64,000 bases of DNA, taken from a virus. The DNA is taken from positions 64,001 to 128,000 of the IMG/VR virus record IMGVR_UViG_3300028800_000059, one strand, 5' to 3'. The notes beneath the pieces are model-generated. The model did not search any database. It had not been told where the DNA came from and saw only the letters and a program-made list of their open reading frames with translations. How positions within the stretch are numbered: the first letter of the stretch is position 1; each line of letters opens with the position of its first letter. Positions 17,783 through 27,234 of the stretch are shown here, one piece after another. The position numbers and the translations under genes are program-made.

Positions 17783-18845
17783 CGCTCGTTTCCTCGGTCA
17801 ACGAAGAATTGCCATATAGAAATTCATCAGGACATTTGGCGTCAATAGCATCCAGAACATCTTTGGTGTAGAACTTTTCCGGATTCTTATTGATTTCAGA
17901 TTCCTTTCCAGAAAATCCATTAGGAAAAGTATACATGGATGATGTGGCCTTTTGAACTACCCCAAATTTCACAGCAAGTTCCAGAAGTCCATAATACTTA
18001 TCCAGGCCTGTGTCGTATCGAAGAAGTGTTGTCACTGTTCTATTTTCCACACTCAAACGACTCTTCTTCAACTTGGCCTTGATAATGACGCCCTTGATTT
18101 CTTCTTGTTCCTTGAACTTCGATTTAGAAAGATAGACTGTGGTCGTGGAAGCATACTTCGATCCAGAACCACCACCTTCGTCCTTTTGATTTCCATAGGC
18201 ACCAATCAATGCATAGACGTGATTGGTCACGATCAATGGAACCTTGGCCTTGCCAAGTTTCAGATTAAGAACACGAAAGGCGCCTTTCAAGAGCGGGGCC
18301 CGCGTCATGTCTCGTTTATCACTCGCCGTCTGAATATCTTCCATTTCTTTCGAGGTCGAAAGATTGCCTAGAGAGTCTAGAACGAAAATAATTGGCTTTC
18401 TGTCTGCAACTTTTTCGGCCAGATACTTATCGAGAATTCTTGTGGATTGCGTTCTAAATTCTTCGACTGTAGAAACAGGAACCATGGCGAAACGTTTCTT
18501 GTTGATGCCACGACTTTCTAACATGCCAGAATGAATGGCACTTTCTGTTTCGAAATAGAACGCATATCCTGTTGGATTAGCCTTGAAAAATTCTCCTACG
18601 ACATTAAGGGCATAGAAGCTTTTGCCTGTCGAAGGATCACCAGCAAGCGTAGTGATTTTATTAGCCGCCACGCCACCATAGATAGAACCAGAAATAAGAG
18701 CGTTGAGGGCGTAAGAACCAGTAGAAATCCAGCCAGACACATCGCCCGTCTCAATTCCCTTTTCGACGGTCGAAGCATATTCATTCTCCAGTGATTTGAT
18801 TGCTGAATTGAAAAAATCATTATCGTCGCTTTTTGTTTTTGCCAT
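17766..18845 (-). CDS. uvsX: RecA-like recombinase UvsX
   Basis: AGDPSTGKS, FVLDSLGNL, DMTRA, GGGSG. Confidence 0.97.
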   Translation of the reverse strand: MAKTKSDDNDFFNSAIKSLENEYASTVEKGIETGDVSGWISTGSYALNALISGSIYGGVAANKITTLAGDPSTGKSFYALNVVGEFFKANPTGYAFYFETESAIHSGMLESRGINKKRFAMVPVSTVEEFRTQSTRILDKYLAEKVADRKPIIFVLDSLGNLSTSKEMEDIQTASDKRDMTRAPLLKGAFRVLNLKLGKAKVPLIVTNHVYALIGAYGNQKDEGGGSGSKYASTTTVYLSKSKFKEQEEIKGVIIKAKLKKSRLSVENRTVTTLLRYDTGLDKYYGLLELAVKFGVVQKATSSMYTFPNGFSGKESEINKNPEKFYTKDVLDAIDAKCPDEFLYGNSSLTEETSDEEKS

Positions 18846-18873
18846 TTGTTATCCCTATTTTGGTTAGTTTTTA

Positions 18874-18902
18874 ATCCTACACTATCTAATTGAAAAAGTC
18901 AA
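18874..18902 (-). promoter_or_regulatory. Sigma70-like promoter for uvsX
   Basis: TTGACT-N17-TAGGAT. Confidence 0.65.
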
Positions 18903-21429
18903 CAAGAGAAGATATATGTTCCACTTGCCATCCCATATTATCAAGAATGTCTTTTACCGGGTCCAGAAACGCCTTTTCAAATTGCGTGTCGTAATCAATA
19001 TATTTCTTCAAATCAAATTCGTCAGGCAACACGTTACCAAACGATATGACATGGGTTTGGAAATGATTGGGTTGTTTGATATACAGATATTTGATTTTTT
19101 CTCCCTCTTTGATTGTTGGATATTTGCCTGTCAGTTTCAATTCATTAAGTTTCGCATTGTATAGAATCGCTCCACGCACATGAATTGGTGTTCCTGACGC
19201 GAACATTTCGTTCTGTGTCTTGCCTCGAAATTTGGCCAATCCATTTATTCCTCGGGGAGAGGCAATTGCTTCGGCAGGAAGTTTATTGAATTCTTTTCGG
19301 AAGGCATCGATGAATTCGATAATTTCATCATTAGTTCCATTAAGCATGATATTGATGGCATCTTTAATCTTACTTCGGCAGACAGCAGGAGTTGATGATT
19401 TAACTGCCTCCAATCCAACGATCTTGATCTTGGGCTTTGCGTTTTTCACACCTTCATTCATATAAACGTTCAAGATATAATGCTTCTTGCCTGTCCAAAT
19501 TCCACGGTCCGCAATAACCTCTCGCTTCATAATCAATCGTTGCTCGTAGGCGTTCAAATAATCTTTTAATTCGTCGCAAACCTTTTCAACGTATGGCGCG
19601 ATTTTCTTTCTGTAGAGAACATTGATCAAATCGATAACTTCCCATTTATCACTAGGAATATTTCCATTATAATAGAATTCAACAATTTTCTCCATGTTGA
19701 TGTAAACCGAGTCGGTATCTGACGCAATCACATAATCAATTCCAGTGGTTTTCAAAGCCGCGTTCAAATATTCGTTTAAATGATTGATAATCCAACGAAT
19801 TGCAAGTTGTCCAGCCGTTGTAATACCAGCAGCAATTCGCACATCAAAAAATCTGAAATATTGATTTCCTGCGGCACCATAAAGAGAATTTGCAATAACT
19901 TTTTTGACTTTCTCCAACATACCATATCGAATAGCCTTGGCTTCTAAAACCTTTCGAACCACAGGATCGGTCGTTGTTTCAAGATCGGCTTTGGCTGCCT
20001 CGGCAATTTTCTTGTATCGATCACGATCATTGAAAACTTTTTCGACAAGCGTTGGAAGAAATCCTTTTTTACTTCTATCGAATGTTTGTCCATTTGGAGT
20101 CAAACATAAATTCTTGTCTTTCAATCCAATAAGAATATCTTGTTGGGCCAATAAAGATTCTACACTAACACCTTTAAATTCCGCAGTTGCCCTTAAAGTC
20201 TCAGGGCTCATGTTAAACATCATGATAAGACTTGGATACAGGGATTTAGCGTCAATCGAAACCACCCAATTAAATAATCCTGTTTGAGTTTCTTTTACAT
20301 AGGCGCCTTCATATTCGTTTTTGAAACTATCTTTCTTTGGTGGAAGAACCATATGTGTTTCGACAAAATGATTGAAGATAATAGTATCCCACATTCGGAC
20401 GGGATAATAGATATCTTCAAAATTTACCTTGGCATCATACGCCAATACAAGAGCCAAATCTATCAGCCCACGTTTCTTATCGATCTTATCCACAAGTGTT
20501 ACGTCCTGGATATTATAATCGATGAATTTTTGATGGTCTTTTTTGTAAAGTTGATGAAGTGATTCGTATTCTGAATAATCAGTTTTCTTTTCGCCTTCTA
20601 ATGTAACTGAGGCGATATGATCCAATGAATATGACTCTTGTGCAAAATCAGGGGCGAATTTCTGGAAAAGTTGCAGTCCATCCAACTGAGCCACCCCTAA
20701 AATTTCGTAGCAATCATACATTTTGCCACGAAACATCGTCTCTCTTTGTTTGACTATTTTCCAAGGAGAAAGTTTATCGGCTTCTTTCTGTCCTAGGACA
20801 TTTGCAATGCGTCGAACCAAATACACAATATCAAATGTGCGAAGATACCATCCAGTAACAATGTCTGGATAATCAGCCGACCATAATTTCAGAAATTTTT
20901 CAAGAAGGTCTTTTTCATCCACACAATGATAGTAACGAAGATTTGGAATGCCAGTATTGTTTGTCCAAGGCCCACATCCAAAAACATGATAAAAATCATT
21001 CAATTTGATTGTAATGGCTGTAACTTCTTCGGTGGCTAATTTCACATTAGGAAATCCGTGTTCCGATGCGACCTCGATATCCAATGATGCAATCAAAAGA
21101 TCGTCGCGTTTGCCATGAATTTCGCCAGGGAAATTATCAGCTATGAATGAATATTCGAAACGTGTCTGACCATAAATTGTAAAGTCAGACACGTCTTTAT
21201 ATGTTTCGATGAATTTACGGGCGTCTTTGATCGTTCCTGGAACAATCGATTCAACAGGTTCGCCTAGATGTGTTGTCCATTTTGGGATTTGAGTTTTTTG
21301 CGTAGGGACAAAAAGAGTCGGACGGAAATCTCGATCCGTCCTATTATATCTCTTTCCATTTTCATCAACACCACGTAAAAGAACCTTATTGCCATAGACG
21401 GCAACAGAAGTATAATATCCTTTGCTCAT
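18886..21429 (-). CDS. 43: Family B DNA polymerase gp43
   Basis: DIEV exonuclease motif, IDAKSLYPS, KVIANSLYG, SDTDSVY. Confidence 0.98.
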   Translation of the reverse strand: MSKGYYTSVAVYGNKVLLRGVDENGKRYNRTDRDFRPTLFVPTQKTQIPKWTTHLGEPVESIVPGTIKDARKFIETYKDVSDFTIYGQTRFEYSFIADNFPGEIHGKRDDLLIASLDIEVASEHGFPNVKLATEEVTAITIKLNDFYHVFGCGPWTNNTGIPNLRYYHCVDEKDLLEKFLKLWSADYPDIVTGWYLRTFDIVYLVRRIANVLGQKEADKLSPWKIVKQRETMFRGKMYDCYEILGVAQLDGLQLFQKFAPDFAQESYSLDHIASVTLEGEKKTDYSEYESLHQLYKKDHQKFIDYNIQDVTLVDKIDKKRGLIDLALVLAYDAKVNFEDIYYPVRMWDTIIFNHFVETHMVLPPKKDSFKNEYEGAYVKETQTGLFNWVVSIDAKSLYPSLIMMFNMSPETLRATAEFKGVSVESLLAQQDILIGLKDKNLCLTPNGQTFDRSKKGFLPTLVEKVFNDRDRYKKIAEAAKADLETTTDPVVRKVLEAKAIRYGMLEKVKKVIANSLYGAAGNQYFRFFDVRIAAGITTAGQLAIRWIINHLNEYLNAALKTTGIDYVIASDTDSVYINMEKIVEFYYNGNIPSDKWEVIDLINVLYRKKIAPYVEKVCDELKDYLNAYEQRLIMKREVIADRGIWTGKKHYILNVYMNEGVKNAKPKIKIVGLEAVKSSTPAVCRSKIKDAINIMLNGTNDEIIEFIDAFRKEFNKLPAEAIASPRGINGLAKFRGKTQNEMFASGTPIHVRGAILYNAKLNELKLTGKYPTIKEGEKIKYLYIKQPNHFQTHVISFGNVLPDEFDLKKYIDYDTQFEKAFLDPVKDILDNMGWQVEHISSLVDFFN

Positions 21430-21438
21430 TAAGGACTA

Positions 21439-21467
21439 ATTATACTGTATTAAGATGGCAGTATCAA
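21439..21467 (-). promoter_or_regulatory. Sigma70-like promoter for gp43, near-leaderless mRNA
   Basis: TTGATA-N17-TATAAT; ATG 9 nt downstream with no SD. Confidence 0.7.
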
Positions 21468-21839
21468 GCCTGGTTTTTTGACGGCAACAATTCCCGTAGT
21501 CACTTGAATATATGCATCAGTCATGCCTTCCACAGGATCGGCTATGAACAAAATATGTTGTTCCTTGATTGTCAGGCCGTCTTTCTTATCAACATATGGA
21601 ACCCAAGGAAGAAACCCAACACCTGCTTTTGCCTGAGGATTTGCTGGTGGTTGAACAATTACGACCAATGGATTATAAATTTTGATGGCACCAGGACCCA
21701 TATCATCAACGCGGCCAATAAGTTCCTCACCAGTCAAAAGCCGTACAAATTTAATTGACGGCTGACTGGTTATAGGCATTGCCACCACATCCCCAATTTT
21801 CTTATCGGCAACGCTTGAAATTGCTTCGGTTGTCATCAT
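21450..21839 (-). CDS. Conserved T4-like hypothetical, Sm-like fold
   Basis: KFVRLLTGEELIG..IYNP..GFLPWVPY. Confidence 0.65.
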   Translation of the reverse strand: MMTTEAISSVADKKIGDVVAMPITSQPSIKFVRLLTGEELIGRVDDMGPGAIKIYNPLVVIVQPPANPQAKAGVGFLPWVPYVDKKDGLTIKEQHILFIADPVEGMTDAYIQVTTGIVAVKKPGLILPS

Positions 21840-22004
21840 TTTTTTGTCTCCACGGGTTCCAAAACATGATCATACACGCCCAAAGGAACCCATCTTTGTG
21901 GATAGTATGAAGACTTGTCCTTCCAATCTTCGGGATTGGGAGTCAGGGGATCGTCAAGAAGTCCCCATAAAACATATTTTTTGTCGTACTGTCGAAATAC
22001 TAAA

Positions 22005-22826
22005 TCATGTTGCATTAATATATCCTTCGTAATCTAAGATAGTTGGTATGTATTTCCAGCCTTGATTTACAAATTTATCATACCTATTCGATTTAATATC
22101 AGAATACATAGGAATCAAATATTTGTTTTCGATGGCCCACATGGTATATGGATGAATTTTCAATTTTTCTTCATTGAAATCATACCAGGCCCGGCAATGA
22201 GCAAAATCAAATTGTTCTGTGACTTGTTTAGGCTCGCCACAAAACTTAGGATCGATAATAAGTTGATAATGACCATTTTTGTCCATCGGCAATTTTGGAT
22301 AATTCAAATCAATGGCTGCCATAGGATTGATTTCAAAATAATTAGAGACTTTTTCTTTAATGTATTTTTTTGAATTTGTTGAAAACAATGCCGTGAATGC
22401 CTGGGCAATATTTTCATCATAGAAAAATATGTCGGCGTCACTTAATACAGCAGATAGGTCAAGAACATCCCCAGCCAATGTCTCAGGAGTAAACTTTTTT
22501 ATTTTAATGTCTCGTACCAAATCATAAAGTCTAGGAATAATTCCACCAGATATGTATAGTTCATATTTATGTGGATCGGCTATATAATCAGTCAATGAAA
22601 ACCAAACAGTTTTGGATCGTCCTCTATGTGGTGTTATTGCAATAAGGTGGTTATAGAAATAATTATCGGTTTTATCGAGAGCCGCCAAATCAAACACCCA
22701 ACTTTTTTTGAATGCTCGCAATAAACAAGATACTGTTTTCCATTTGAATTGAACATCAGGATCAACACTAATTGCCAACATAGATTGGGTTGGTTTGGTA
22801 GTCATGGCGATATTGATTTTTTTCAT
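22005..22826 (-). CDS. Putative nucleotidyltransferase, Pol-beta/CCA head-like
   Basis: YISGG, DADIFF, QFDFAHC, RYDKFVNQGW; start at 22826 after a promoter. Confidence 0.45.
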   Translation of the reverse strand: MKKINIAMTTKPTQSMLAISVDPDVQFKWKTVSCLLRAFKKSWVFDLAALDKTDNYFYNHLIAITPHRGRSKTVWFSLTDYIADPHKYELYISGGIIPRLYDLVRDIKIKKFTPETLAGDVLDLSAVLSDADIFFYDENIAQAFTALFSTNSKKYIKEKVSNYFEINPMAAIDLNYPKLPMDKNGHYQLIIDPKFCGEPKQVTEQFDFAHCRAWYDFNEEKLKIHPYTMWAIENKYLIPMYSDIKSNRYDKFVNQGWKYIPTILDYEGYINAT

Positions 22827-22835
22827 GTTCCCAAC

Positions 22836-22864
22836 ATTATAAAGGAAAAACTTGGTAGATTCAA
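22836..22864 (-). promoter_or_regulatory. Sigma70-like promoter
   Basis: TTGAAT-N17-TATAAT, 9 nt upstream of ATG 22826. Confidence 0.65.
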
Positions 22865-23400
22865 TTGAAATAATTATCGTATTCGATTGCGAAATCGGTA
22901 CATATAGCACTTGATTTTGTAATATCACCAGTAGGAATTTTTTTTCCATATGCCGTAGTAAATTCTGTTTTCAGCATTTCTGGTAGCACACAAACCGAAC
23001 CATGAAAAGGAACAACATTCAAATTATTCCAAATAAGACTTGAATTGTCGGATTTGTTTTTTACCAAAACGGCCTGGTCATTCTCATGCCAAAAATAATT
23101 GGCCTTTGTGATTCCAGAATATACAGGACTATTCAAAACTTTGAGTGCTTCTAGATTTTTACAATGAAGCCACAAGGAAGAACGATTAAGAAATTCCTCA
23201 TCCACTACATATGTCGCACAATCATGCCCAAGATACCAAAGTGGTTGTTGCGGTTGATTTTTCTTTACTGATCCTTGAAAACACCAAACATCTACTTCAA
23301 CATCAAAACCTAAAGTCAAAGCTTCCATGATTGTTGATGGATGATTTTCTCCCGATGGATTTGGACCTTTTATGTTTCCTCTGTGTGCGATGATTTTCAT
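22861..23400 (-). CDS. Glycerophosphodiester phosphodiesterase-like protein
   Basis: IIAHRG..EN..GFDVEVDVW..LGHD. Confidence 0.8.
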   Translation of the reverse strand: MKIIAHRGNIKGPNPSGENHPSTIMEALTLGFDVEVDVWCFQGSVKKNQPQQPLWYLGHDCATYVVDEEFLNRSSLWLHCKNLEALKVLNSPVYSGITKANYFWHENDQAVLVKNKSDNSSLIWNNLNVVPFHGSVCVLPEMLKTEFTTAYGKKIPTGDITKSSAICTDFAIEYDNYFN

Positions 23401-24086
23401 TTTTTCACCTGAAACCAAAGCCAATAGGCATGTTCATCGGAACACGGCGTCCGTAGCATCGAATTGTAATCCTTAAACCCCATGTCTATCAAATCAAGTT
23501 TCAAAAAATCTTCGTTTGTAATTGACACGTCTCGTCCCCCATTGGTGCTTGTGGCATGATATTCATTGGCATAATAATCTACCGAATTGTTTCGCCCACC
23601 AAATCCCATCTGAGCGCAAAAAGAACCACCTGGTTTCAACACGCGATAGATTTCTTGCATGATTGATTTGCGAATTTCATGGCAGCAAATATGCTGCAAA
23701 CAGATAACGGAAAACACAACATCATATGTATCGTTTGGAACATCGATTGTTTTGCCGTCGTTGGCAAATAGAAGTCCTTTAGCGACACCACAAGAATCTT
23801 TATATAGTTTAGCTTTCTTGATATTTTCTTCGGCAATATCAATGCCATCGACCCGTTCAAATCGATTGGCGAATCGCACTAGGTTTCTCCCAGGACCACA
23901 TCCATATTCCAGGGCAACTAATCCTTGCGTGTCTATATTCCGAAAAAGAATATCATCGTAATCAGGCCAACTTTCATGAAGATGCCAATTACCTACGACC
24001 GGGTCCTTGTTCTGCAACGACCAACGCGATGCATCGGCCTCATAATATCGTTTTTGCATGTCTAGATAATCTTCTACTCCAACCAT
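23397..24086 (-). CDS. Class I SAM-dependent methyltransferase
   Basis: LEYGCGPG, GIDIA, YDVVFS..LQH, VLKPGG. Confidence 0.9.
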   Translation of the reverse strand: MVGVEDYLDMQKRYYEADASRWSLQNKDPVVGNWHLHESWPDYDDILFRNIDTQGLVALEYGCGPGRNLVRFANRFERVDGIDIAEENIKKAKLYKDSCGVAKGLLFANDGKTIDVPNDTYDVVFSVICLQHICCHEIRKSIMQEIYRVLKPGGSFCAQMGFGGRNNSVDYYANEYHATSTNGGRDVSITNEDFLKLDLIDMGFKDYNSMLRTPCSDEHAYWLWFQVKK

Positions 24087-25495
24087 TAGATTTTTCCTTT
24101 ATAATGTTCTAAGAAATAATTTAGGTCCTCTGGTGTTCCAAGACCCCACATTTTTTCAATGTCCTTCGTGCGAATCTTTCCAGTAAATTCATTGAACACA
24201 GGTGCCACATAAAACTCACCATTGGTTCTAATATTTTTCCGAACCATTTGAGCAAAACAAGTTCTATAATGTCCAGCCTTCGACCAGTAGTAAACACCAC
24301 ATGTTGCATGATTTGAAATGACTTTTTTCTCAGCAACTTCTTTGACAAATCCATCATCATCCAAAGCAGCATATGACCATTTGGGATGCATGGATTCAAA
24401 AGTCAGAATACCTCCGCCAATATCTGGCTGAGAGAAGGCATACATACACTCGTTTACATTCCATTCAAGAAATTGATCCGAATTGGCAATCACCAAAGGA
24501 TATTCATTGAATTCATCATTACAAAAAGAATACAATGCAGTATCTACAGTAACAGCAGCACCTTCCGTCACATGATCCAAAGCAACAATTTTACAATTTG
24601 GACGAAGCAATTTCAAAAATGGTGCCATGTTATAACGATCCAGATGTTCTTTTTGGACCACGAAAATATGCCGCGCATTAGGCATATTCAAATTTTCCAC
24701 GACTACTTGAATCATGGGCTTGCCGTGAACTTCAATCAGGGGCTTAGGAAATGTGTAGCCCGCAGCAGCGAAACGAGAACCCATCCCTGCCATAGGAATG
24801 ACCACAGTAAGGCTAGAGTCCAACCAAGGCACATTAGGACGAATTTCAACTTCCGCATTTTCGACCTCTGTCATTTTTTCAAACAACTCCTCCACTGGAA
24901 TTTCACAAACTTTAGTTACGGGAATTAGTATCGCTCCTGATTCTCTAACGGCAATGCGGCCAATATGACTATCTTCTAAAATGATAGTAGTTCTAGGAAC
25001 AGCACCAAAAAAATTCATGCACCGCCAATACATTTCAGGATGTGGTTTGGAATGTTCGACTTTATCATTCGACACATAGAAATCTGTAGTGGTGGCAATT
25101 CCAAGCGACAAAAGAGATTGATACACTGTATTATTTACGGCATTAGATGCCACGGCGATTTTCCAACCCTTAGATCGAATTGTATTAAATAATTCGATCA
25201 ATTTTGGATTCTTCTGAATATTTCTTCGCAACAGAACGTTGGTTATGTCTTGCTTACGTTCGGCTATTTCCTTATGAAAACAGGCCGGAAGATTCTTATT
25301 GATCGTAAGCAATTCAAGTTTTTTTCTGGTGGGCAACCCATCATACGTCGATAGATGTTCCTCGCGTGTAATATACACATTACAAGGCTTCAAGGCTTCA
25401 TTTAAAGCCTCGTAATGGAGTTCCCGCGAATCAATGAGAACACCATCCAAATCGAAAATAACTAATTTAGGATACGTATCTGATTGTTCGGCCAT
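24086..25495 (-). CDS. HAD phosphatase fused to sugar-phosphate nucleotidyltransferase
   Basis: IFDLDGVLIDS, KPHP, EDS; then IPMAGMGSRF..PKPLI, NSDQ, EVAEK, GLGTPEDL. Confidence 0.88.
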   Translation of the reverse strand: MAEQSDTYPKLVIFDLDGVLIDSRELHYEALNEALKPCNVYITREEHLSTYDGLPTRKKLELLTINKNLPACFHKEIAERKQDITNVLLRRNIQKNPKLIELFNTIRSKGWKIAVASNAVNNTVYQSLLSLGIATTTDFYVSNDKVEHSKPHPEMYWRCMNFFGAVPRTTIILEDSHIGRIAVRESGAILIPVTKVCEIPVEELFEKMTEVENAEVEIRPNVPWLDSSLTVVIPMAGMGSRFAAAGYTFPKPLIEVHGKPMIQVVVENLNMPNARHIFVVQKEHLDRYNMAPFLKLLRPNCKIVALDHVTEGAAVTVDTALYSFCNDEFNEYPLVIANSDQFLEWNVNECMYAFSQPDIGGGILTFESMHPKWSYAALDDDGFVKEVAEKKVISNHATCGVYYWSKAGHYRTCFAQMVRKNIRTNGEFYVAPVFNEFTGKIRTKDIEKMWGLGTPEDLNYFLEHYKGKI

Positions 25496-26249
25496 AAAAC
25501 TTCGCGACCTCCGTTAGAACCGATTGAGGAATTTCTTCTAGTGCCCATTTGTTTGGACGATTTGCCTTGGCAATTGAATATGGATTGAAATATAGACCAT
25601 GTCTCATTTTAAATGTCGTAGACCATTGCACATCCTCGTCTAATCCCCACGTCAGAGTTTCATCAAAAGGACAGTCCAATAACACTTCGCGTTTAGCGAC
25701 GATATAGCCACCACTAACATACTGGGTTTGTTCCATGCCTCTCACATTATAAGGCAATCCACAAATATATTTTGGATCGCCATTAATATGGCCTAGATGC
25801 CCAAACATATGTGGATTTGTTCGCCAGAAGCGATGCATATAATCAGGATTGACGAGCCAATCAGAATGTCTCTGGCCTTCTTTGTTCACAAGAGGATTAC
25901 AACACACATCCCAATGATATCCGAATTCTTGAAAGCCTTCCAGCCAATCCGGCTCTAACAAATAATAATCATGCAATATACACACATTAGAATAAGTGGC
26001 CTTGGCTGCAATTATATTTTTCTTTTTAGTAATCCAACCAGGTCTTTCGTTTTCATCAAAATTAACATGCAGCCAGTTTGAGCCGAATAAACATTTATGT
26101 CTATTACTAGGATCGCTTCCATTGTCACCAACAAGAATAATTTCACATATATCTCTTGGAACCTGGGAATAAATCGATTCAACTAAGTCAGTGACTCCCT
26201 GCCTGTTTTTCCCGTCAGTTATAATTCCAAAGGTCCAGGAGTTAGACAT
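25467..26249 (-). CDS. GT-A (family 2-like) glycosyltransferase
   Basis: TFGIIT..EIILVG..ITKKKN..ILHDY; likely start MSNSW. Confidence 0.65.
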   Translation of the reverse strand: MSNSWTFGIITDGKNRQGVTDLVESIYSQVPRDICEIILVGDNGSDPSNRHKCLFGSNWLHVNFDENERPGWITKKKNIIAAKATYSNVCILHDYYLLEPDWLEGFQEFGYHWDVCCNPLVNKEGQRHSDWLVNPDYMHRFWRTNPHMFGHLGHINGDPKYICGLPYNVRGMEQTQYVSGGYIVAKREVLLDCPFDETLTWGLDEDVQWSTTFKMRHGLYFNPYSIAKANRPNKWALEEIPQSVLTEVAKFYGRTIRYVS

Positions 26250-27231
26250 GCTTTGCAGCTTCCTTGACACAGGCCCGCACACTTCGCACCAAAGAGGTTG
26301 GCGCCTCCCATCCAAGTTCTTTCTTCATTCGGCGAACATCAGGAACACGATGTTCAACATCATTTGGAAATGCTGGAAGATGTTTAAATGCCAACTTTGA
26401 ATACGGATCAATAAGACCTTGGTCAATGCCTTCATCATGAATCATGCGAGCTAATTTCTTCATAGATACTTCTTCATCGCGTCCGACATTAAACACTTTG
26501 TTTAAAGTTTTAGGATCATCCGAATATTTTACGATGGCATCGACAACATCATCAATCCATGTGAAACATCTTACTTGTTCTCCATTACCAAAAACAGACA
26601 AAGGATTTTGTTTCTCGATAATAATAGAATTTATGAAATCAGCAAAAACATGAGAAAATCCTTGCGTGGGTTGGGCCTGTTCATATGGTGTAATGATATT
26701 GAAGGGGCGCCATATGGTATATTCCATTTCATAATCTTTATGATATGATTCGACCAATCTTTCGCCTGTATATTTTGAAAGACCATAATCAGTCATAGGA
26801 ACAGGAATTGGAAATATATTTTCAATTACAGATCGATCTAACGACGGACCATGAAAATGGGCATGATCTTTTTCATAGACCATCGAAGAAGAAATATACA
26901 CAAATCTTCCAGGACAAATGGCTGACCAAAGATTAAGAGCATTGATTTGAACTGTCAAGTCATTAGTCAAGATATTTGCGCCATTATTATTAAATCCGGC
27001 TACGCCATACACAGTAGCGGCGCCTTGAATGCATAAATTCCATCCTTCGGCCATAATATCAGCCAATCGATCTGTATCATAAGCCAAATCAATTTTTTCA
27101 TCGATGCCAATTAAATCGGCTCGATCCAAAGAACGCACATAATGTCCTTGGTCACGATATTTTTTGGCTACGGCGCCCATAAGTGATCCAGCGCCACCTA
27201 ATACTAAAACTTTTTTTGTATCATTGCTCAT
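26242..27231 (-). CDS. NAD-dependent nucleotide-sugar epimerase/dehydratase (extended SDR)
   Basis: VLGGAGSLM, YISSSMVY, YGLSK, RPFN, GEQVRCFTW. Confidence 0.92.
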   Translation of the reverse strand: MSNDTKKVLVLGGAGSLMGAVAKKYRDQGHYVRSLDRADLIGIDEKIDLAYDTDRLADIMAEGWNLCIQGAATVYGVAGFNNNGANILTNDLTVQINALNLWSAICPGRFVYISSSMVYEKDHAHFHGPSLDRSVIENIFPIPVPMTDYGLSKYTGERLVESYHKDYEMEYTIWRPFNIITPYEQAQPTQGFSHVFADFINSIIIEKQNPLSVFGNGEQVRCFTWIDDVVDAIVKYSDDPKTLNKVFNVGRDEEVSMKKLARMIHDEGIDQGLIDPYSKLAFKHLPAFPNDVEHRVPDVRRMKKELGWEAPTSLVRSVRACVKEAAKHV

Positions 27232-27234
27232 TTT

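Noticed and set aside
15907-21429. Inteins or introns in gp41, uvsX, gp43 (also gp46, uvsW)
   Set aside because: Lengths and motif spacing are normal; no splice-junction motifs or LAGLIDADG blocks.
22827-22949. Upstream extensions given by the ORF track (also 6728-6847, 11540-11680, 26250-26315)
   Set aside because: They overlap upstream genes; downstream ATGs have better RBS, promoter or ATGA coupling.
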